From Eledone cirrhosa (Eukaryota): DNA of 64,000 nt. The number at the start of each line of letters is the position of its first letter. Position 1 is the stretch's first letter. The notes under the pieces were generated by a model. The model did not search any database and was not told the DNA's origin. It saw nothing but the letters and a program-made list of their open reading frames with translations. Of this stretch, positions 39,557-53,138 are shown piece after piece. The stretch spans positions 82,398,001 to 82,462,000 of the forward strand of contig OZ024742.1 in the NCBI GenBank assembly GCA_964016885.1, in the 5' to 3' direction. The position numbers and the translations under genes were made by a program.

Positions 39557-40330
39557 AGTGGTCGTAGTTGACATGGTCGTAGTCATAGTCATAGTAGAAG
39601 TAATACCCCTAAGCGTTATTATTGTTCATTTAGCTTGGGTTTGAATTTATCAATAACATTCTTTTCTTTGATTTTTCTCTTGATTTCACTTGGGCTGTGT
39701 AATTTTAAGAATGGGAATATTATAAATATTCCCTGACCACATGTTGCTAGATGGTTACTGACCACATGTTGCTAGACGGACATTTGGGTCTCTGATTTGC
39801 TGACGGTGCACCCGTGCGCGTTCTGATAGTGCATTTCCAGTTTGACCGACATATAGTTCTTCACAATTCGGGCATTTAATGCAGTAAATTAGATTTCTGC
39901 TTTTGCATTTCATATTTGCATTTGGGGATATTTTTCCAGTTTTTGTTTTCATATATTGACCGGCGTGTATGGATTGACATGTGCCGCATCGACTATCATT
40001 GCATTTAGATACAGTGAATGATTGGTCTTTGTTGTTAAGGTCAAACTTTGCTTTTGTTAGTAATTGCTTCAAATTGTTTGGCTGTCTTTTACTAAGTGTC
40101 AAAGATCGATCTGTGATTAAGCCTTTTAATTCATTACTTTGAGCAATGATCGGTAGGTTTGCTTTGGCAGTGTTGAAGATATTCTGGTGACATGGGTTGT
40201 GTGTCATTATAAATGGTATGACCAGTTCTTGGTTTCTTCTTCCTTGGGTTGTCCTAAGTTGTTGTATATGTATTTTTATAGCCCGTTGTATGCCATTTTC
40301 TATAAGTAGAGATGGGTATTTACACACCCG
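39040..40330 (-). mobile_element. 5'-truncated Penelope-like retroelement (GIY-YIG endonuclease)
   Basis: ORF 39755-40327: CNDSRCGTC linker, NLIYCIKCPNCEELYVGQTG..RARVH; 19-bp duplication at 39733/39758 breaks the frame; 3' hammerhead. Confidence 0.9.
39153..39191 (-). ncRNA. Minimal hammerhead motif (core CGGAAGA, one substitution)
   Basis: tgaac CGGAAGA t-tgc-gaaa-gca-t GAAA gtac TT gttca; palindromic stem III AGTACT. Confidence 0.65.
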
Positions 40331-40355
40331 TGTATATTTATCTCTCTCTCTCTCT

Positions 40356-40387
<32 letters not shown>

Positions 40388-40390
<3 letters not shown>

Positions 40391-41985
40391 AAAAAGTATG
40401 ACCCCGACGGCAGATCTCAAGCCGTTTCGACGGCTATAACTGGACTAAATTAGAATTTTTAGCCTGGTGAATAAATAGCCGAACTTGTCAAGAGGGTACT
40501 TCCTCGTATGGTAAGTTTGTAGTTGTCAAGAGGATTGGTTAAAATTTGTTGTAAACACAAATAAGTCTATCATGGCATTTGGTGGGAGGTAGCGGTAGCT
40601 GAACTTGCCTGTAGAACAATAGGGGAGTGAGTAGAGCGGTCAAGCGTTGAAAGTGATATGTATAAAGCAAATTCTAAGGATAGTGTATGAAGTGGAGGAT
40701 GGAGGTTATAAAATAGGTAAATCGAATGAGAGTAGGAGACAATAAACGATAATAGAAAAAAATAAAAAAAATATATAAAATTAGATAGTGAGAAATGAAT
40801 AAAAAATTCACAATGCTATCTTACAATTACAGGGTAATAAGTTGAGAATAGAAAACACGTATAGAAATAGAGTAGTAACAAAACTGATACAAAAATAAAG
40901 GGGTTTAACACATCTGCTATAAGTAGTTAGTAAAACGTATTCGGCCAATTCTATCTTAAAATTACATGGGCTGCATCGGGGTAGGTGAAAGGGGAAACCA
41001 GACGAGAGGGAAAATAGGGGGTGGAAGGAAGTGATAGGATGAGACAGGGGGAAGAAGACAAAGTGGAAAAGAAAAGAGCTACATCTAACTATGTAAGCTG
41101 GGGTTTCCCCTAACTTATTCGGCAAGTGGGGGGGGGGCTATAGGTCCTTGTCTACCCAACCAGGTCGTTATGTGGTTTTAGGGTGAGGTAAGCCCTACGC
41201 AATCTGTGTTTGCATGCGGTTACCAGTTCGTGTTTCTTGTTTAGGAGTTGGTCCTTCGAAAACAGCATTTGTAATGTTTCCTCGAGCATAAGTTACACGG
41301 ACGGCGGCCTCCCATGTAAGAGTTAGCTCTGGACAGTAAGCTCCAAGTGAAATTGTAGGTTATATTATTATCTTGGAGGTCCCATATGTGGCCCGATAAT
41401 GTAGTGGCATGTCGCCGGACCGGGTTTCGGAAAATATGTCGGTGTTTGTATAGCCGGGTCTTGAAGTCACACGCGGTTAATCCAATATAAGTTTTGTTGG
41501 AGGTGTCCGTCCTCACGTTGCACTGGTAGATCACGTTACGTTCTCGGCATTTGTCGTTGAGGGGGCACGTAGAACTATCAGAGCAGTTACACCTCCTAGT
41601 CGGCTCTCCACTTATGTCTAGGTTATTTCTTCCATAGGGTTTCAGTTTTTTGTTGTTTGAGGAGACGATGTTTTGTGCGAAGTTATGTGTGGTGCTGTAG
41701 GAAAGTTTGATGGTGTTTTTGTCGATTATGTTGTTGTAGCGGTATAGTAGTGGGAAGTGTTTTTCGAGGAGTCTAAAAAAGTCATTCGATTTACCTATTC
41801 TATAACCTCCCTCCTCCACTTCATACAATATCCTTAGAATCTGCTGTATACATATCACTTTCAACGCTTGACCGCTCCACTTACTTCCCTATTGTTCTAC
41901 AGGCAAGTTCAGGGTCATACTTTTTCCTATTTCCCACTCTACTACCCCTAAGTATTAAGTACTCTGGTGCGTTATGGTCCATCTG
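40388..41985 (-). mobile_element. 5'-truncated Penelope-like retroelement with inverted 5' duplication
   Basis: ORF 41241-41864: IKLSYS, CNC..CPL..C, NVIYQC..YIGLT..FKTR..H; 41782-41911 is inverted relative to 40598-40730; relic of the same family at ~37395-37500. Confidence 0.9.
40401..40497 (-). ncRNA. Decayed hammerhead motif at the Penelope 3' end
   Basis: accctc TTGACAA g..cggctat..atagccgtc GAAAC ggc..gcc GTC ggggt. Confidence 0.55.
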
Positions 41986-42019
41986 TCTATGTATATGTAT
42001 ATATATATGTATGTGTGTG

Positions 42020-42054
<35 letters not shown>

Positions 42055-42067
42055 GTATATATATATC

Positions 42068-42665
42068 AAACTTTAATCTGTTATTTTAATAAATATTTGT
42101 TCTACGGTTCTTATATATTTGATCTATATTTATCCTTATCGGCTCTCTTTGGATTTTAGTCTTCAAATTAAATTATTTTTACTATTTTTCTCCCTCGGTT
42201 GAGCACTCTATTGACTTATATTCATCATGCAGAAACAACATCTGAATATTTCTACAAAGAACATACCCCTACCAAGCAGGAAAACATACCTAAAACTCCT
42301 GACGCGTTCATTAAAAGGTTGCGTTGGCGTGCCTTTTCCTTGCGAGTAATTGTTTTTCACCGCTCCGAATAATGACGTATTATATTCGTTTTTTCCCGTT
42401 CTTTGCCAGGGAACGGTTCCACGAACCAAAGTATCGTCTTCCTGTCTTCTTCCGGTTGCAACGTTTTTTGAAATATTCACTACTGCGTTCACAGATTGAC
42501 TTTGTTAGTTTCAGAAGATCCCGTTAAGGGTGAAAGCAGCGATTCTTTGCTTAAATTTTAATCTGTTATTTTAATAAAAATGTTGCTCTACGGTTCTTAT
42601 ATATTTGATATATATTTATCCTTATCGAGCCCTCTTTGGATTTTAGTCTTCAAATTTATTATTAT

Positions 42666-42670
<5 letters not shown>
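42068..42670 (+). mobile_element. Longer copy of the 38690-39000 family with direct terminal duplication
   Basis: 42070-42185 repeats at 42555-42670. Confidence 0.7.
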
Positions 42671-42710
<40 letters not shown>

Positions 42711-42713
<3 letters not shown>

Positions 42714-43865
42714 GAAAAGTATAGAAATTATTGTAGCAATAAGCCAACAGTATTCCATAATAAATAAGTGACTATAGCGTTAAAATGGAAAAATAGTTAA
42801 CGTAAGATGTGGGAAAATAATTCAAACTCAATTCAAAAAGAAACAGGATATAGATTCATCCACAGAATTTGGTATAAATCCAGGGAAAAATCAATTGAGC
42901 ATTTACTCAGAATAAAATAAAGTTTAAAATACTCACCTTTCAATTTGGAAAAACTACAATGCACTGTATAGTCTTAAAAACTATTTCACGAAACTTTCAG
43001 TGGCGATGGTCACAGTTGGAATCGATCATCAGCAGAGCTCAAAGTCACGATAACCAAAGTACCACTGTTTATAATATGCCATAAAGAGAATTTAAAAGCA
43101 GGCTAGTTCAATATCATGCGTAATTATGAAGAAACACGCACATGTAGAGACAGGGCTGGTGACGTCAGAATGAGACGAATGTCTGTTTACATGAAACAAC
43201 AGTCAAAAGCATCCCGAAAAAAAACTCTACAATATAAGGAGTTCAGCAAAAGCAATATTACAGCGGGTTTTTTTTTAAAAAGACCGGGATTAGTCACAAA
43301 TAAATTTTAAGCACTCTAGAAAAGACATCCGAGTATAAATATAAATGAAAAGTATAGAAATGATTGTAGCAATAAGCCAACAGTATTCCATAATATATAA
43401 GTGACTATAGCGTCAAAAATAGTTAACGTAAGATGTGGGAAAATAATTCAAACTCAATTCAAAAAGAATCAGGATATAGATTCATCCACAGAATTTGGTG
43501 AAATCCAGGGAAAAATCAATAGAGCCTTAACTCAGAATAAATTAAAGTTTAAAATACTCATCCTTCAATTAGGAAAAACTACAATGCTCTGTATAGTCTT
43601 AAAGACTATGTCACAAAAGTTTCAGTAGGGATGGTCACGGTTGGAATCGATCATCAGCAGAGCTCAAACACACAATAACCAAAGTACCACTATTTATAAT
43701 ATGCCAAAAAGGGAATTTAAAAGCAGGCTAGTTCAACATCATGCGTAATTATGAAGAAAAACACACATGCAAAGACAGGGCTGGTGACGTTAGAATGAGA
43801 CGAATGTCTGTTTACATGAAACAACAGTCAAACACATTCCGAAAAAAATTCTTCAATATAAGGAT
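42711..43865 (-). mobile_element. Tandem pair of ~630-bp non-coding units, each with a hammerhead (42961-43038, 43586-43663)
   Basis: aaatgaaaagtatagaaat at ~42710 and ~43343; gctctg CTGATGA..GAAA/GACA tagt..acta TA cagtgc/cagagc. Confidence 0.8.
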
Positions 43866-43867
43866 AC

Positions 43868-44033
<166 letters not shown>

Positions 44034-44265
44034 GTGTCTCTCTCTCTATATATATATATATATGTCTCTCTATATATATATAAGAAATTTCAGTAGTTGA
44101 ACATAACCGGCCCTAAGTGGAGCAGTGTCGTAATAGTCCATGTGGGTATTAAAAGAGGGCGCAGAAGCAGAGACTCTGGAGGTCCTAAGGGATACACTTT
44201 TAACAATGGAACTAATCATAGTCCTAAGATAGTTTGTATTTCGTATTTTTTTATTTTTCATGGTG

Positions 44266-44340
<75 letters not shown>

Positions 44341-44341
<1 letters not shown>

Positions 44342-44784
44342 CAATATATACAATATAATAATAAATGGAAACTATATTTATTAAAACCATAATTACTTTA
44401 TTATATATATTTCAAGGGTGACTAAGGTAAATTATGGTGCGCTTTCATCAAATAAAATACAGATAAATATTGACATACCCGGAAAAAGGCAACCTCAATG
44501 GTTGAAATTCGCAGGATGTCTAGCGAATTTCAACCGTTGAAGTTGTCTTTTTTCCGGGTATGTCAATATTTTTTAGAAAACAAATCTGTATTTTATCTGA
44601 TGAAAGCGCACCGTAATTTACCTAGCTCGCCCTTGAAATATATATAATAATATAATTATGGTTTTATAGATATAGTTTCCATTTATTAATATGTCGTATA
44701 TTTACTCCACTAAACTGTTGAGTGCTTTATATCTGTTATACACATTTTAAAGCTTGTTGAATCCCAACAAATTAAATATAACCT

Positions 44785-44788
<4 letters not shown>
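44341..44788. mobile_element. Hairpin element: ~170-bp inverted arms, each with a hammerhead motif (44397-44456 minus, 44591-44650 plus), plus ~90-bp tail
   Basis: Centre gaaattcgc-aggatgtcta-gcgaatttc; ttat CTGATGA aagcgc..gccctt GAAA tatata TA ataa. Confidence 0.75.
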
Positions 44789-44836
<48 letters not shown>

Positions 44837-44866
44837 GAGCTTATATTTCTTCACATTTATTACTAT

Positions 44867-44938
<72 letters not shown>

Positions 44939-45052
44939 GGTAATAGTAATAAATGTGAAGACTAAAATCCAAAGAGGGTTCGATAAGGATAAATATATAT
45001 CAAATATATATATATATAAGAACCGTAGAGCAAATATTTATTTAATCTGTTA

Positions 45053-45099
<47 letters not shown>

Positions 45100-45115
45100 T
45101 TATATATATATATGT

Positions 45116-45184
<69 letters not shown>

Positions 45185-45812
45185 TATGTGTGTGTGTGTG
45201 TGTGTGTGTGTATGTATATATATATACACAATACATAAACAGAAAAAGCCTTAAGCGATAATCCGACCAACTCCATCTCACTCAACAAACATTAGGATAT
45301 ACTTAAATATTATCCCAATTTAGTGTTTGGCGTGCTAACTAATCAGTATTTTGTGGATAGCTGGTTGTATTATTTCATATGAGACATTATTAAATAAATA
45401 TCTCTTTCCTTCCAGACGGCCGTTTCGTTCTGAGATTTCTACAATTTGGGATAAATAATTTCTAGATTATGTAGACACTTGTATATAATCCATAGTTTTA
45501 TACACAACCGGGCTTTTATAAACTCATCAATGGATGCCCAAATAATATCGATATAAGAATTATATCGACATTAATAGAATGGTGATGGTCTCCCTCAGCG
45601 CTGAGAAATGACTTGTAGATTAGAAAATCCAGTAGTCCTCCCAAAGAAAAAAATACACGCTGTCCCCAAAAGGGTAAAGGGAGGTCATCTTAAAATAAAA
45701 CAATATACACGCTGGTCATTTAAACCTGTTAGGTATTAACCACGTGTATAAGAACTCATATTAATATATATTTTAAAAATTAGAGGTGTGACACACGAGT
45801 TGTGATATATCA

Positions 45813-46100
45813 GTAAAAAGGAAAAGGAAATGCTGACAATTTTTTCCCAGTGAAAAATAGTTTAATTAGGAATAAGTATAAATTAGTAATAAGTACTGGT
45901 TAGTAATATTCAGTTTTAGTTTTAAGTTTTTACCGGTTGCGCATTTCTAATGCTTTTCAAAATTAATTTTGAGATAGAGCACTCGTGATGATTGCTCTAA
46001 TCTGTAAACCGGTAAAAACTTATTTCTAATTCATAATTATTCCTAATTAAACTAATTTTCATTGGGAAAAATGTGTCAGCATTTTTTTTTCCTTTTTCTA
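45813..46100. repeat. Imperfect inverted repeat (~100-bp arms)
   Basis: aatgctgaca..ttaattaggaataa vs ttattcctaattaa..tgtcagcatt; aagtttttaccggtt vs aaccggtaaaaactt. Confidence 0.65.
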
Positions 46101-46349
46101 ATATATATATATATATGCTAATTCTGAATAAAATTCTTATTGCTTTTGAAATCAGCTGGTGATATGCATGTAAGTAAATATTCTCTTTATCTGATATTTT
46201 GTAACTAACCTTACATAGATCAATAACGGAGTATAGCTACAATGTATTATCATCATCTAGAAACGATCGTAAAGCAGTGAAGTATATCTCTAATGACTTG
46301 ATTTTTTATTTCATTGTTTTAACTTATATATATATATATATATATATAA

Positions 46350-46830
46350 GACTGTATATAAAACTCAAAGAAGTATGTGTTTAATTATAGGGGATAAAAT
46401 ACCATTAGAGTGAAAAACATAAAGTCTACGAAAGCAATGGAAAATACATATCAATTAAAAGAATAAATTAAAATGCACAAACCCAACATGTGCAATATTT
46501 TAGTTTTCTGAAATAATTTTAGAAGTGGCCGTACTGTTGATAGGCCCTTAATGCTATGGTATCTTCACTTTTTGTGGTGAAACAATCTCTTATTGGAATT
46601 TGTCCAGGTGTTTATAATTATGAAAATTTGGTTTGTATATTTTAATTTATTGTTTTAGTTGATATGTGTTTAATTGATATGTGTTTTCCATTCCCGCCGT
46701 CGACTTCGTTTTTCACTCTCGTGGTATTTTATCCCCTATAATTCAACACATACCTCTTTGTATTTTTTTAATATATACTGACTCTATTCATTGTGCTCAT
46801 TAAATTACAGGGCATTAACGCGAGATTTTA
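46350..46830. mobile_element. Inverted-repeat element with degenerate hammerhead-like motif (~46527-46608); relative at ~30570-31245
   Basis: 46365-46480 is inverted relative to 46630-46765; CTGTTGA..GAAACaa..ttGTC. Confidence 0.5.
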
Positions 46831-48950
46831 ACTCAGTTATTTTTCACGTATCTTGTAGTTTATAAGATAATACTAATACTATTTTTGTTTTAGGATTTAT
46901 TCATTATATGCTCACCACAAAAAAAAACATTAATCTAATCATGCGTCGTTAAAAAACATCAAATGCTTGTTATTTGTTATATAATGGGTTCGGTTTTATT
47001 AACTAACATCGATTATTACTTATATAGGAGCAATGTCGAGATTTTATTTTACAGTTCTGAGTTTTGTGTACACATTTACTGTCTCGGTACTCCTAATTTC
47101 TGTTTGATTCTCGAGAGGTAAGGCTTGAAACTGATATAGTTGTAGTAAATAGCAAAGACCTAACAGGTTTTAGTTAATATTTATTCCATGAAATTCTGTC
47201 TGATTTATTTCAATATCGACCTTAAACTAAACAATAAACCATAGCATATGAATCAAAAAACAAAATTCAGAATTATGACACGAACTGACACGATTTTAAC
47301 TTTTCATATTCCTTGTCGATTTTGAAGGATTTTGCTTCTGCCAAAGTCAGAAGCAAGAAAAGAAAAGAAAATATTCCTGAAAAAATTGAAAACAACAACC
47401 TAAAATATCGATAATTTGGAATAAGAGCAATTCTCAAAAAATAAATGATTTGTAGAAGTATATATAATTTTGCATAATAATGAATACGACAAACACCCAA
47501 TTAGTTACACACTCTGCTGCTGCTGCTGCTGTTGCTACTACTACTACTACTACTACTACTAAAATGATAACAATAATAATGATATGATAATAATAATAAT
47601 AGGAGCGGGCTGAATAACATCATGGACGCCCATAACGAAGCTCCCCACCATCGACAAAACAATAATAAAAACACTAAGAAAACGAAGTGGAAACATAACG
47701 GACGAATACCAAAAAAGCCTACAAAAAATAAACTGTGTACACGGATCGTCCTTATAACATAATTTTCTTCATCAAAATAACGGACCACATGTGTAAATAA
47801 AGAAACTGAATATCAGCCGCACCACTATTCAGAATTTAAAATCAAAACAAAAAGAAAAACTATATATATAAGTAACAAACTCTATTGATTATATTACACA
47901 TACATGTATTATAAACACAAACGAAAAATGTACACAAAACACATATGCAGATATATAAACGTTCGCTCTTTGAACTTAAAGATAAAAAGCTATTTGAAGA
48001 AGAGAAGCAGTCTTAGATCGCACGACGCACGTTGCTTATTTCGAGGAGTAAGTTTTGTCTAATATGGTATTCCCTAACACGAAAATTCGAAAAATTATTT
48101 CACCACTTATCTCTACAACAAATCTGACACTAGTTGTGAGAACTGCATAATTAATTTTATATATTTACCCATTATAATCGCTGTTTACATATTATTATTT
48201 GAAGAAAAGAAACATACATAGATCGGAAAACATACTGTTTATTTCGGGGGATAAGTCCTGTTTAATCACACAAAAAATCTGACTAATTATTATGCAATCA
48301 TCTCTGTGGCTGAAGATGTGAAAGGTGCATATATATCTTTTAATATTTTCCCAATACAATTTTCTTTTTTTACACTTTGGTCGATTGTGGCTAAATTTCA
48401 GATTTTGAAAGGAAAATGGACAGTTGAAAGATCACTTCTCTCTCCCACCATCGCATTCACAACCACTTCCTCACACATTCACACCAGTAAAACCCCAATC
48501 TATTTTCAGACTACTGTCACTGACCGCTACCTACCTCCCTTCTCAGTGTTTAATGTGTGGGTATATATAAATGTGTGTATATACATACGTGTGTATAAGT
48601 ATGCACGTGTGAATGTATATTTATATATGTGTATGGAGCCCACATAAACGACAAAACAAAGGGGTAGAAAAAAAAAACAATACTAACACACCATTTACAC
48701 CTCAAACTCAAAATAGACAGAAAATAACATCGGAGAAGCAACTCCTATAAGCTACAATGTCATTACCCCATACAACTCCCATCACCCCCACCCCCAACAT
48801 TAATCTACCTGCCATCACCACCAACCCCACTCACACCACAAGAACAGTTGAGAACATACTCGTACACCCCTTACAGCTGCAACCATAACAATATCCCCTC
48901 AATCAACAACAGCAATGACCATAACTATACTGTTATAATAGTAATAATGA

Positions 48951-49498
48951 TCTCAGTGCCAGCCAGCAACTGCACTACCCAAAGATCCGGGCAACTTTCC
49001 TTGCACGTCCAATACCATGCGTAACGTAAGCATGTTCTGCGAGATGAACAAATAAAAATTAATACACAATACCAAATCGCTTTTCCTATGGTTAATCAAG
49101 AAGCGCGTACCTCAGGAAGGTGCCAACCTGAGATCAAAAAGTCCCCCTCTGGCATAAACTCTTCTCCAATTATGGACCAGGATGGTCACTTGATCGGGGA
49201 TTGCCTTCCAGATCCACCACCAGATCCACCACCCAAACCGCCTCAAGAAGAAAAACCTAAAAGTATGAAATGGACCCGAGAATAGTATAAAGAAGTAATA
49301 TATGCATATTACTATGCATTAGGTAAGCCATCACAAGACAGCCACACTTTAAACTCCTACAAAATCTGGAAAACTCGCAATCAAGCTAGCAGACGTGATA
49401 TGGACGGAAATAAGTTGGCAAATGTAAGGAGGTATATCTTGAGAAATAGTAGACTCACAGGCACTGAACTAACTGCGATTAAGTTGGCTGTGGAGAAT

Positions 49499-49540
<42 letters not shown>

Positions 49541-52500
49541 GAAAGAACTGAAGAATATCCTGGAGATAGTAACCAGCCACAAGTCTTTACTGAAAGACCT
49601 CCATCGGACCAAATCACAAATAGGTTTGTAGAAATTGAACCCGCTGAAAATAGTCAGGAGAGGGACTTAGAAACAGTAATTGAAAACCAAACATCTTCTG
49701 AAGAACACGGGGAGACTATGAAGGAATTAAAGCAAAAAATACTGAATGAGCTTGCAGTAGTAAGACATTCTAGTATAAATGATAGAGAACCACTTCAAAA
49801 TCTCCCGAATACAATCCAAAATAGAAAACAAATAATGATTGGTAATTCTGTGACAAAAGAAATCATAGAAGAACTAGAACCTGATCTTACTGAGTTAAAT
49901 GAAATCATTTATGCATGTGCTGGAGTAATTGAAACAAGTTGTTTACCACCAAAAAAACAAAAAAAAGTCGAACCTTCGAGGAGTAGATTCGAAAAGGAAA
50001 TTGAAGTAATGAGAGGAGAAATATCTTTATTGAGTGAGATAACCGCTGGAAATGATATAAGATTCAAGAAGGTAAGAAAGCTAAAGAGAAAATATGGATT
50101 GTCTTCTAGAGAAGCAATAGTTTCAACAAAAGATTCTCTGAAACAAAAAGTCCAAGTAAAAGCCCAACGAATTTGTAGATTCGAGAGGCGAAACAACTTC
50201 TACAGGCAAAATAAGTTGTTCTCATCCAATGCCAAGTAATTTTATAGAGAAGTAAGGAAGAAAGAAATAAAGAAGTTGAAACCTTCTGGAGTAAGATTTG
50301 AGTGATGAGAAGACATATAATGCTAATGTAGATTGAATTAGTCTCCTGGAAAAATCCTACACAAATTTAGAAGAACATGCGAGGGAAGACATTTCTATAG
50401 CGGACTTAAAGACAGCACACAATAAATCTCATTAATGGAAATCTGATAGAGACAGGGTGCCAAATTTCTGGCTTTCCTCACTCCCGCGCACTCACAATAT
50501 ATTGGTGAAGCTGTTTAAGGGATTTATGAAACATCCAAAAAATATACCTGATTGGATAGCAAGTGGCATTACCTAACTTCTACCAAAGAACAACGAAACC
50601 AAAGATAAAAAAAACTGTCGGCCCATAACCTGCTTGTCCACCACTTACAAACTATTAACCTCTATTCTCACGGAAAAAGCATACGTGTTTTTGGAGGAGA
50701 ACAATCTTTTCCCCATTGAACAAAAATGATGCCGACGAGGTTTATATGTTTGTAAAGATCAACTTTTGCTTAATCGCTTGATCCTGGAGAACTGTCATAA
50801 TAAACACAGAAATCTCAGTTCTGCATTGATCGATTATAAAAAAGCCTTTGACAGCATACCACACTCATGGATTCTGAGATCACTGGACATCTTCAAACTC
50901 TCACATGTGATCTCAAACTTCCTGAAACACAATATGTCATTGTGGAACACAAATCTTCAATTATCTCATTCCACTGGGGTACTGTGCTCTAGGAATATAA
51001 ACATCAACTGTGCTATATTCCAGGGTGACTCACTTTCACGCTTGCTTTTCTGCATAGCTTTAATAACCATTACATCCGAACTTCATAGAATAGGGTACGG
51101 TTATAGAATTGACAACACAAAAATAAGCCACCTATTTTATATGGATGATTTGAAGCTATATTGCAAAGATAATTGTTTCTATTTTTGGCACAAGGCCAGC
51201 AATTACCCAGTGTATTACTGGTACTTTATTTTATCGACCACGTAAGGATGAAAGGCAAAGTTAACCTCAGCGGGATTTGAACTCAGACCGTAAAGGGCCG
51301 TACCTATGCTGGAAAGCATGGCGTCCAACTCTCTTCACTGCCAATTCACCCCTATATTGCAAAGATAATGACGAACTGGAAGGCCTTTTGCGGACAGTAA
51401 AAACGTTTAGCGATGACATAAGCATGGTGTTTGGACTTTACAAGTGTTCAAAAGCCACTTTCAAGAAGGGGAAGCTTGTCAACTCAGACTCAGTTGAATT
51501 GGATGCTGAAACAATCATAAAGGAACTTGAGCAGGAACAAACCTATAAATACTTAGGGATTAAGGAGGGCTCAGGCATACAGCATGCAAGTATGAAAGAG
51601 AGGATGCAGAAATAATGTTACAGGAGAGTACGTGCAGTTCTGAGATCAGAACTAAACGCTTGTAACAAGGTGCTAGCCATAAATATCTTGGCAGTCGCAG
51701 TTGTAACTTATAGCTTCGGTGTGTTGAACTGTGAGTAAAATCAAAAGAATTGACACCAAAGTCCGTAAGCTACTGACCTGTAATAAGATGCACCATCCAA
51801 AAGCAGATGTGGATCGTCTTTACCTTCCTATAACTCAAGGAGGCCGTGGCCTGATCTAATTTGAAGTTGCTTACAAGACCACCATCATTGGACTGGCCAA
51901 ATACCTTGAAACAACTAACGACTGTATGCTGAATCTTGTTTAAAAGCATGAGAGATGTAAGAAACTTCATTCTATCTTGAAGGTGAGCAAAAAATATGCT
52001 ACTGATCTCATGCTTGATACCCAGGCTGGAAAAACTAAAGAAACTGTTGCAACTGATACTGCTAGGCACATAAGATCACTGACAAAAGCAAAAGGGCAAG
52101 GACAATTAGCATCAAAGTGGGAGCGGAAACCTCTGCATGGCAAATATGTAGCCCCTAACAAACAAGCTGATGTTGACGAAAAGCAGACCCATCAGTGGCT
52201 ACGTAGTTCAGGGCTAAAGGCCGAGAGTGAAGGCTTCATCTTAGCTGCCCAAGATCCAGGCTTATTGACTCGTAATTACCAGGCCAATGTGATGAGAAAC
52301 GGAATAAACCAAAGGTGCCGATCCTGCTTGCTGAGTTTGAAACAGTGGATCACTTAGTCTCTGGATGTAACATTTTAGCACCAGTAAAATACAAATATAG
52401 ACATGACAGATTTGGCCAATATCTACACTAGGTAGCATTACAAAATGTAATTGACGGCATTACAAAATCAAAGCTGAATACAAGTGGTACAATCATCACC

Positions 52501-53062
52501 CTGAGGCTGTAACTGATGGAGAAAAAGTAACAATTCTCTGGGACTTTCCTGTACATACTGACAGGAACATAAAAACAAATAGACCTGACATCATTGTAAA
52601 AGATCAACATAACAAAGTATGTTTATTGATATATATGAGCATCCCATGTGATCACAATATCGGGGCAAAAGAATTTGAGAAGCTACGAAAATATAAAACC
52701 TGCTTATTGAATTTGAGAAAATGTGGCACCTCAGATCCGTTACAATACCAGTGATTGTGGGAGGACTGGGAATGATCAAGAATGCAACAGAACAATATTT
52801 GCGATTGATTCCTGCACGAGGGGCAAAACATTGCTTTGACTGGTACTGCACACTTATTGAGAAGAGCACACTCTCTGTAAGATGGATATCCCTCCTTGTA
52901 TTTACATATGCATATGTGTATATATGTATACTGTATTTTTTTTATTATAATCAATGTGCTGTATTTACTGGCTTACCAATGCACACTGTGAATTTATTTG
53001 ACCTAGGTGTCAGGAAGAAACTCGGCATATATCTCAGAAACAATAATGAAAGAAAATAAAAA
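48951..53062 (+). mobile_element. R4/Dong-clade RLE non-LTR retrotransposon, copy A (probably full length, heavily decayed)
   Basis: Broken ORF 49088-52880: N-terminal KWTRE domain, IDYKKAFDSIPH, IFQGDSLS, FYMDDLK, GLKAESEG, NRPDII, IPVIVGGLG; followed by (AAT)n. Confidence 0.92.
51174..51351 (-). mobile_element. SINE inserted just after the YMDD codons of copy A, with an 18-bp TSD
   Basis: ctatattgcaaagataat at 51156-51173 and 51352-51369. Confidence 0.93.
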
Positions 53063-53064
53063 TG

Positions 53065-53138
<74 letters not shown>
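53063..53138. repeat. (AAT)n tract: tail of copy A and target of copy B
   Basis: Direct reading. Confidence 0.95.

Noticed and set aside
39755-41864. Selenocysteine recoding as in Naiad PLEs
   Set aside because: No in-frame TGA at Cys positions in these ORFs and no SECIS recognisable
48951-49087. HDV-like ribozyme at the 5' end of Dong copy A
   Set aside because: A catgc/gcatg hairpin and tccttgc are suggestive, but P1/P2/P3 could not be assembled by eye
49502-49537. In-frame 36-bp (TA)n inside the Dong copy A ORF as a functional insertion
   Set aside because: The element has many other stops; frame preservation has a 1-in-3 chance
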